Shown: positions 26,869 through 32,097 of the stretch, in pieces
How positions within the stretch are numbered: position 1 is the stretch's first letter
How the letters are laid out: each line of letters starts with the position of its first letter
IMG/VR virus record: IMGVR_UViG_3300030329_001061
Location: 1-32,097 of that record
Source of the DNA: a virus
Taxonomy: Duplodnaviria; Caudoviricetes
DNA length: 32,097 bases
Reading direction: 5' to 3' (one strand)
Position numbers and translations under genes: made by a program
The notes under the pieces: generated by a model
What the model was told of the DNA's origin: nothing
Database searches by the model: none
The model's input: only the letters and a program-made list of their open reading frames with translations

Positions 26869-28187
26869 GCCATCCAGCTCCCGCTCAACGCGTTTGGTCG
26901 GCTGTAATATGTGTCTTCAATCTGTGGTGCCGCCTGCCGTATCGAAACCGCCAGGGTGCGCATACAGTCGGCGTCATGGCTCGACCAATCGTGGGCAGGA
27001 CGTGACCTGAATATCAGGTTCTTAGGATCGTACACCCGGTGGTAATACCGCAGGCTCTCCAACAACCGCTTGCACTTGTCACGATCAATAAAACACTTAG
27101 GCAGCGTCATCTTGACCGCGTTGATGCCCTCTTCCAGCGGCAGCTTGGGCGCGGCGCGGAAATTGATTCCAAGGCTCAAGGCCGTTTCCTGGCGGGTCTT
27201 GCCGGTGCCTAACTCACGCTGCGTAATGTCATGCGGCGCATAATGAGCCTCGTAGACATAACCATGCTGCTGCGCTTTCTGATCCAACAAGTCTGCATAA
27301 TAAGGCAGACCCTCGCCGGTCATGCTGACATGATCGATAATGCTGATACTGCGGTTGCCATGCGCCATCTGCGCCCAGATGATGCTGGTGCTGTCATTAA
27401 TGCCCAAGTCCCAAAAGGTCTGCACCTTAAACGCCGGGTCATGGGGGATACGACCAATCTGGTTGTGTTCCTCCATGCTTTGAAGCTCTTTACTGTAAAC
27501 GGCACCAGGGACATTGCTTTCAAAACTGCACTCAAATTCAGCTTCATATATGCCTTCTGGCATGGTGCTTTTTGCCGCCTGTAGCTCTTCTGCTGGCAAA
27601 ATGCCGGTTTCAGACGCCTTGTAGACCGCACAGTGCCAATCAGGGTCCTCCTTGGCGTGGCTGTAATAATCGTAAAGCGTATTGTGGCCCATCGGGGTGC
27701 CCACAAATATGCAATACGTCTGCTCGCCTTCAAGGCCGTTACGGTCGGCCAGGGCGGGGCGTACGATCTCAGGAAAGATCGTGTTGTCCATCAAACCAGC
27801 CTCATCGATGATAAAGCCGTCAGAGAATATGCCTCGCAGGTTCTGACCGCCCTTTTCACCGCTGAGAAGGCTGATGCGTGCGCCGTTGCCAAAGTCTGCA
27901 CGCAGCTCGCTCTCGTTAAAACGGGTGCCCGGTATGCTCGATGAAAACTGCTTAAGATAATCCCAGAGCGTTGACTTAGCTTGCCGATAGGTCGGGCAGA
28001 GTAGGTGAAAGCGGGGGTTGGGCTTTTTGCTGGTCAGCGCATCGCGGAGAAGATGGTTGATGGCGCAGACCGATTTGCCGAAGCGTCTGTGGGTTATAGC
28101 TACAGAATACCTATGCGCAGACCACGCCCGGTGCAGCTCGCGCTGAAGGGCACGGGGGGCATACGGAATCTCGACGTTCAGAGCCAT
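26865..28187 (-). CDS. terL: Terminase large subunit
   Basis: Walker A HRRFGKS, Walker B IIDEAG, motif III GTP, nuclease WDLG..D and SHDAD. Confidence 0.95.
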   Translation of the reverse strand: MALNVEIPYAPRALQRELHRAWSAHRYSVAITHRRFGKSVCAINHLLRDALTSKKPNPRFHLLCPTYRQAKSTLWDYLKQFSSSIPGTRFNESELRADFGNGARISLLSGEKGGQNLRGIFSDGFIIDEAGLMDNTIFPEIVRPALADRNGLEGEQTYCIFVGTPMGHNTLYDYYSHAKEDPDWHCAVYKASETGILPAEELQAAKSTMPEGIYEAEFECSFESNVPGAVYSKELQSMEEHNQIGRIPHDPAFKVQTFWDLGINDSTSIIWAQMAHGNRSISIIDHVSMTGEGLPYYADLLDQKAQQHGYVYEAHYAPHDITQRELGTGKTRQETALSLGINFRAAPKLPLEEGINAVKMTLPKCFIDRDKCKRLLESLRYYHRVYDPKNLIFRSRPAHDWSSHDADCMRTLAVSIRQAAPQIEDTYYSRPNALSGSWMA

Positions 28188-28360
28188 TTTACACCTTGCG
28201 TCAGGTACTACACCTGACAGTCAACCGCAGACTTCTGCGGCTTACAGAGCCGCCAGTGACAAACCAGTGACACGACCTCGCTGATTGGGCTTTTCAGCGT
28301 CAAAAAAGCATCGAGACTCGCGCGTAGTTGTATGCCGACAATATGCAGATTTCGCGTTGC

Positions 28361-28828
28361 TCAGCTTGCTTCGTTGACCAAGCTAACCACCGTCCCAGCG
28401 TCATCCTCATCCGCTTGACGCGCAGCCACATCGTCAGCGCCATTCGACCAGCTCAAGACAATCGCCCCACTCTGCGCCGTGTCTTCAGCCTTATTGCGCA
28501 GCCCTCTTGGCTGCTGCCTCGCATACGTCCACTTCAAGCTATCGACTTGCAATCGCCTGCGCTGCACTTCGGCATTAGCCAGTTGCTTATCAACATTCTC
28601 CAAGCCCTGCCTCGACACATCATGTATCTCATCTGCGAGCGTTTCAGCGCCGATAGCTCTGGCCTTCGCGTACATGTCGTAAAGCTCTTCATCGCGCTGT
28701 ACGGCTTGTAAAACCGTCACACGATGCGGCATATCATCACGCTTGCAGATCGAGTTGAGCGACTTGCCGTCAGCTAACTCATCGCAAATTCTAAGCATGA
28801 TTTCTTTGCTTAACTTGCCAGCCATCAC
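28361..28828 (-). CDS. terS: Terminase small subunit (Sf6/P22-like)
   Basis: IC..LADG.SL.SIC...MP...TV.......Y..AR...A.E...R.RLQVD..KW pattern; upstream of terL. Confidence 0.88.
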   Translation of the reverse strand: MMAGKLSKEIMLRICDELADGKSLNSICKRDDMPHRVTVLQAVQRDEELYDMYAKARAIGAETLADEIHDVSRQGLENVDKQLANAEVQRRRLQVDSLKWTYARQQPRGLRNKAEDTAQSGAIVLSWSNGADDVAARQADEDDAGTVVSLVNEAS

Positions 28829-29064
28829 CTAAATCTCGCTGTTTTCTTTGCTATCCGTTTTGGCTGCTTTGACACAGCCTTGCCCGCTTTCTTAGCCTTA
28901 CGCTTTGCTCTGGTCGTCGCAGCATACTCCGCTGAACTCAGCGCCTTGATGGCAGCTTCTGGTAGATACCGCTCGCCCGTTTTCTTGCTCGGCTTTCCAG
29001 ACTTCGTGCGCCACCTCTGGCCTGTCCACTTATCCAAGCTCCGCTGCGATGCTTTCTTCGCCAT
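28825..29064 (-). CDS. Small basic protein (resembles the C-terminal half of DUF5872)
   Basis: SQRSLDKWT.Q.WRTKSG...ERYLP motif; TGATG coupling at 29062-29066. Confidence 0.75.
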   Translation of the reverse strand: MAKKASQRSLDKWTGQRWRTKSGKPSKKTGERYLPEAAIKALSSAEYAATTRAKRKAKKAGKAVSKQPKRIAKKTARFR

Positions 29065-29255
29065 CAGTCTCGATACCCGCCGCCCTTGGCCTTGTATTGC
29101 TTTGCGAGCATCTGCGCTTTGCGAGCTGACCAAACGCCAGCAGGCCCACCTTTACTGCCTGACTTGATCCTATTGAAAAGATTCTTCCGCATCGTCGGCT
29201 TCGTATAATTACCAGCCTTGTTGACCGTGCTTTTACGCTTCGCCCTTTTAGTCAT
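29064..29255 (-). CDS. Small basic protein (resembles the N-terminal half of DUF5872)
   Basis: NYTKP..R......KGG.AG.WSARKAQMLA..YK..GGGY motif; TGATG coupling at 29253-29257. Confidence 0.75.
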   Translation of the reverse strand: MTKRAKRKSTVNKAGNYTKPTMRKNLFNRIKSGSKGGPAGVWSARKAQMLAKQYKAKGGGYRD

Positions 29256-29551
29256 CAGCACTTCCACCGCTTACGCGCCTGCCTGATCCGACTGTTGGGA
29301 TCGTTCCGCGTCTTCGCGCTCGCCTTCTTGAGCTGCCCCAGAGACCTTGCGCAATAACTCTTACGCCGTTTGGCATCCTTGCTCCCAGGCTTGACCTTAC
29401 CCGTCACAGCCGTTTGCAATTTGCTTCCTGGGTTTGCCTTGCGGTACGCCGCAACGCCTTTCTTAGTCATGCCAGCACCCTTGCTTGCTGGCCGATAGTT
29501 TGCGCCCTTACCGCTGGTCGTCCGCGATATAGGCTTGGCCTTCCTAGCCAT
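29255..29551 (-). CDS. Small basic protein (DUF6321-like)
   Basis: G.T.KG...YR..NPGSKL..AV...RRKSYCAR..G......DPNSR...AR.RWKC motif. Confidence 0.75.
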   Translation of the reverse strand: MARKAKPISRTTSGKGANYRPASKGAGMTKKGVAAYRKANPGSKLQTAVTGKVKPGSKDAKRRKSYCARSLGQLKKASAKTRNDPNSRIRQARKRWKC

Positions 29552-29681
29552 AGCTACGCTTGCCACGCTTCATAGCCATACGCGAGCCTTTCTTGCCCGC
29601 CGCTTTCTTCGCAGCAGCCATCCCCTTTTTGGTGTAAGGAAACTTTTTGGTTTTGCCGCCCTTCATTTTTACGCTTGGCAT
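29544..29681 (-). CDS. 45-aa Lys-rich peptide, first gene of the late operon
   Basis: MPSVKMKGGKTKKFPYTKKGMAAAKKAA...; GGAG RBS at 29688-29691. Confidence 0.7.
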   Translation of the reverse strand: MPSVKMKGGKTKKFPYTKKGMAAAKKAAGKKGSRMAMKRGKRSYG

Positions 29682-29695
29682 GAGTGTCTCCAACG

Positions 29696-29728
29696 AAAAG
29701 CCGCCGCGCTTGGAGGCAACGCGGCGGC
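29696..29728 (-). terminator. Terminator-like hairpin in the late-operon leader
   Basis: Minus strand GCCGCCGCG-11 nt-CGCGGCGGC-TTTT. Confidence 0.7.
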
Positions 29729-29830
29729 GAGGTTCTCGGAACAGGGAGTCTAAAAAGGCTCGCACCAAACACGTCGGGCAAGCCTAATCTTTTTTACACA
29801 AATTTCAGGTCATTCAGAACAACAAAAACA

Positions 29831-30241
29831 CTAGCTATGGTATTTTGAATTTGCCCAAAACATTCGATGCAACGCTTCTTCATACCGCTGCTTGACCGTG
29901 CGGCGGTTGGTGTGCATCAGCTTAGCGAGCTTAGACCACGCTGGCCCACGCCTGCGGAACGCGGCACTGTGCGCGGTCGCCCATAGCAACCTTCGGTCAT
30001 CAGGCTCACGTAGCTTGATGATCGCATCCAGCACCTGATCATATCGATCAATCTGTCGGGCATTGGCCTTGCCCAACCCGACTGCCGTTTTCTCGTCCGC
30101 ATAGGCCAGCCAATCATGCTTAAAATCAGGCCAGCTTGCTAGCTTCTGTCGCCGCACAGCAGGCAAGCGGCGCTCTGTCTCAGCCGCCTCTAGCAACGAG
30201 TCGTGCAAGACGGTGATCGAAACGAATACGTTCTGCATCAT
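29831..30241 (-). CDS. DUF6362-like protein; putative late-gene regulator (Q position)
   Basis: L.EAA.T.RRLP.......WP motif plus a C-terminal sigma4-like HTH (WSKLAKLM..NRRTV..RY..AL); last gene before the late leader. Confidence 0.65.
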   Translation of the reverse strand: MMQNVFVSITVLHDSLLEAAETERRLPAVRRQKLASWPDFKHDWLAYADEKTAVGLGKANARQIDRYDQVLDAIIKLREPDDRRLLWATAHSAAFRRRGPAWSKLAKLMHTNRRTVKQRYEEALHRMFWANSKYHS

Positions 30242-30692
30242 CCATGTCTCTGATCATTTGATTGAATTGCGGCACGTCTTGCCGCGATAGGTGCCGCTCA
30301 GCGTAGGCTGCAATATTGGAGAAACGCGGCTTCTTACCCTGCACCACGGCTTGATAGCCAGCGTGCGTGCTCTTAATAGCTCTGCTTATAATAGCTTTGC
30401 TTATAAGAGCTTTGCTTATATAAGCTCTGCTTGTAAGAGCTTCTTGATCAACATAGTTTTTGGGGGGTTGTAACTCTTTATTGTCGCACTTTGGATGGTA
30501 GCTGATTGTATGTGCAGCAATTAGAGCCAAGTCAGCTTTTACGATTTCAGAAATTGCCGTGTCAACCCCTTTTATTCCTCGCCTTCTCCCAGCAGCCTTC
30601 AAATCATCCACATTGCATTTGTTTCCAAGGGCTTCCAGCTCGCATAAAATTATGAACGCATCATGCGAAAGCGGGCTGAAACTACGCGCCAT
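30180..30692 (-). CDS. Putative small replication initiator (wHTH N-terminus, internal repeats)
   Basis: N-terminal wHTH-like segment; contains a 15-bp tandem array, as in lambda O-type genes. Function is inferred. Confidence 0.5.
   Translation of the reverse strand: MARSFSPLSHDAFIILCELEALGNKCNVDDLKAAGRRRGIKGVDTAISEIVKADLALIAAHTISYHPKCDNKELQPPKNYVDQEALTSRAYISKALISKAIISRAIKSTHAGYQAVVQGKKPRFSNIAAYAERHLSRQDVPQFNQMIRDMDDAERIRFDHRLARLVARGG
30374..30442. repeat. 15-bp tandem array, about 4.6 copies (iteron-like)
   Basis: taatagctctgctta / taatagctttgctta / taagagctttgctta / tataagctctgcttg / taagagctt. Confidence 0.9.
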
Positions 30693-31059
30693 GATCATCA
30701 TCATCCTGATTGTCATTAACCTCGCCCAGCGATTCGTCGGGCTTTCTCAGCATCCTGTAAAACCAATCTGGTCCCGCTTCGCTTCCCTGAATGTCAGGCG
30801 CAATCAGCCAGCGATACTCATCGATCTTCAAAAACTCCTTGTGCAGTGCATTGACAGTCAAGCCGCTGTTGACGGCCAGTGTGGCAAACTCAACGAACGT
30901 TTTTAAAGCCTGCTGCCGACCGTTCATTTCATGGACATCTGAAAACACTGCACCAACAGAAGCCTTTAAATGTCTCGTATGGCCTCTCTCTGGGTATGGG
31001 CCGACTTTTATCTCACCCGTGTCATTGTCCCACGCGATTATGCACTCTTTGAAACGCAT
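30682..31059 (-). CDS. Hypothetical protein flanked by a 40-bp direct repeat
   Basis: 125-aa ORF in operon context; no family recognised. Confidence 0.65.
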   Translation of the reverse strand: MRFKECIIAWDNDTGEIKVGPYPERGHTRHLKASVGAVFSDVHEMNGRQQALKTFVEFATLAVNSGLTVNALHKEFLKIDEYRWLIAPDIQGSEAGPDWFYRMLRKPDESLGEVNDNQDDDDHGA

Positions 31060-31124
31060 ACCTTATTGCTCCATTTCCTGACCCTCATCATCCCGATTAT
31101 TGTTCACCTCGCCCAGCGATTCGT
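30698..31124. repeat. 40-bp imperfect direct repeat (35/40 identical; last 19 bp exact)
   Basis: 30698-30737 and 31085-31124, both ending acctcgcccagcgattcgt and both encoding ESLGEVNxNxDD. Confidence 0.9.
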
Positions 31125-31209
31125 AGCAATGCGTGCAGGGTATCTCGTATGGCCCATTAGGCCCTTCACGCTCCTCGTACCGGTCACCATTGCAATACGG
31201 GCAGATCAT
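31063..31209 (-). CDS. 48-aa zinc-finger peptide (not in the ORF track)
   Basis: Translated by hand: MICPYCNGDRYEEREGPNGPYEIPCTHCYESLGEVNNNRDDEGQEMEQ; ATGA overlap with the upstream gene. Confidence 0.75.
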   Translation of the reverse strand: MICPYCNGDRYEEREGPNGPYEIPCTHCYESLGEVNNNRDDEGQEMEQ

Positions 31210-32072
31210 ATGCCGCACATCCCTTCGCACTCCTCAAGAAAACCAAACTCTTGCTGGCCCTTGTCAGCGGCAGTAGACAGATCAACCTCGTCAAGCGGTA
31301 CGGATGAACGGTGTAAATACTGGGCTTTTCTTGCAGACCCGATACCAGCGTTTCGAATTACTTTGTCGAACTCAATCGCATCAGCCCATGCGTCAGGCAT
31401 TTCATCCCGTATACGCCGCCACTCCGCATCAGTGTGAAATGGGCAACCGACACACGCTGATTTTGCCAAAACGCGATTGGGGTAATTATTAGTAAACCAC
31501 TTCAAGCAATCGCTACGCGCCATGCTTTCTTCAATGAGCGGCCAGCGGTGCGAAATGTATTTTTCATGTGCCAATTTGAGGCGTTGCATCTCGTCAGTGC
31601 TAATGCCCAACCAGCTTTCCACCACTGGCGTTTTCGGCGCACGTTGCCGATATTTTAACCCAAGAAGCTCCCTAATATTTTTAAGAACCGGTTCAATTTT
31701 GTATTCTTTGGTGCAATGCCTTCGCCCTATTCCCATGCCGCCGCCGTACAAAGGCATAAATCCAACGCGCTTACGTTCACCTTTGGCCAACGAAACGTGG
31801 TCAGCCCTAATGTTCCCTGCCGTCACACGATGCACTGGAAACGGCAGTTGTTTTTCCAGCCAATCCAGATGCGTGTAGACCTCTTTCGGCTCCCATTGCG
31901 TGTCAGCAAAGATTGCGCAGTCGGGCATTGGGCCGACCTCGCCTTTCGCCGCCATGAGAGCCATGACCGACGACTGCACCCCTGCACCTAGACTAATAAC
32001 GCGCAGCTTGGCGTCAGGTAGAGGCTTGCTAAAAGACAGAGCGGCTTTTGCGGCACGTTTGTATTCAGTCAT
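31206..32072 (-). CDS. PAPS-reductase-like (PP-loop) enzyme with Cys motifs
   Basis: VISLGAGVQSS PP-loop variant, IFADT..EP, R.CT..YKI.P, W.GIS.DE, KSACVGCPF and C-terminal ECEGMCG. Confidence 0.8.
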   Translation of the reverse strand: MTEYKRAAKAALSFSKPLPDAKLRVISLGAGVQSSVMALMAAKGEVGPMPDCAIFADTQWEPKEVYTHLDWLEKQLPFPVHRVTAGNIRADHVSLAKGERKRVGFMPLYGGGMGIGRRHCTKEYKIEPVLKNIRELLGLKYRQRAPKTPVVESWLGISTDEMQRLKLAHEKYISHRWPLIEESMARSDCLKWFTNNYPNRVLAKSACVGCPFHTDAEWRRIRDEMPDAWADAIEFDKVIRNAGIGSARKAQYLHRSSVPLDEVDLSTAADKGQQEFGFLEECEGMCGI

Positions 32073-32095
32073 CTCGACCGCCCATAAAACTTGAT
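31998..32095. repeat. Terminal direct repeat, right copy
   Basis: Identical to bases 1-98. Confidence 0.97.
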
Positions 32096-32097
32096 GG

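Noticed and set aside
7783-29753. Numerous plus-strand ORFs in the late region
   Set aside because: They are antisense shadows of the well-supported minus-strand operon, without recognisable motifs.
30374-30442. CRISPR array
   Set aside because: The 15-bp units are contiguous with no spacers, and no cas genes are present.
30973-31154. 12-bp repeat tctcgtatggcc at 30973 and 31143
   Set aside because: Short, read in different frames and not aligned with the 40-bp repeat; may be chance.
31206-32072. cysH sulfur-assimilation auxiliary metabolic gene
   Set aside because: The PP-loop and C-terminal motifs differ from canonical CysH (no ECGLH) and the context is DNA metabolism.
31998-32097. Biological direct terminal repeat
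   Set aside because: The repeat cuts through a coding region and its length fits an assembler overlap; P22-like headful packaging predicts permuted ends.

Overview
The window is a complete, circularly permuted temperate phage genome of about 31,997 bp. Bases 1-98 are repeated exactly at 31998-32095, and the two genes at the ends are joined by an ATGA overlap across the junction. The late operon (minus strand) is P22-like/podoviral: small basic proteins, TerS, TerL, portal, scaffold, coat, head-tail adaptor, tail hub, ejection proteins, tail fibres and lysis genes. A tyrosine integrase lies next to an intact attP whose core is the 3' 49 nt of an alphaproteobacterial-type tRNA-Met(CAT), with an IHF site, a terminator and arm-like TGTCAC repeats. 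There is a divergent cro/cI-type switch, an early recombination operon (PD-(D/E)xK nuclease, ERF, SSB-like, Xis-like) and a replication/modification block (iteron-bearing small initiator-like gene, PAPS-reductase-like enzyme, N6A/N4C methyltransferase, VRR-NUC). The main candidates for new biology are: (1) a 535-aa modular protein between TerL and portal with an ADP-ribosyltransferase (ART-PolyVal-like) domain and a second unknown domain, the ART cassette being AT-richer and bounded by an in-frame 15-bp direct repeat (TAALPGLL linkers); (2) a battery of tiny Lys/Arg-rich proteins around the packaging genes; (3) attP arm-like motifs reappearing in the structured terS-terL spacer; (4) a coupled methyltransferase + PAPS-reductase-like pair. 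All family calls come from motif recognition by eye; no database search was run.
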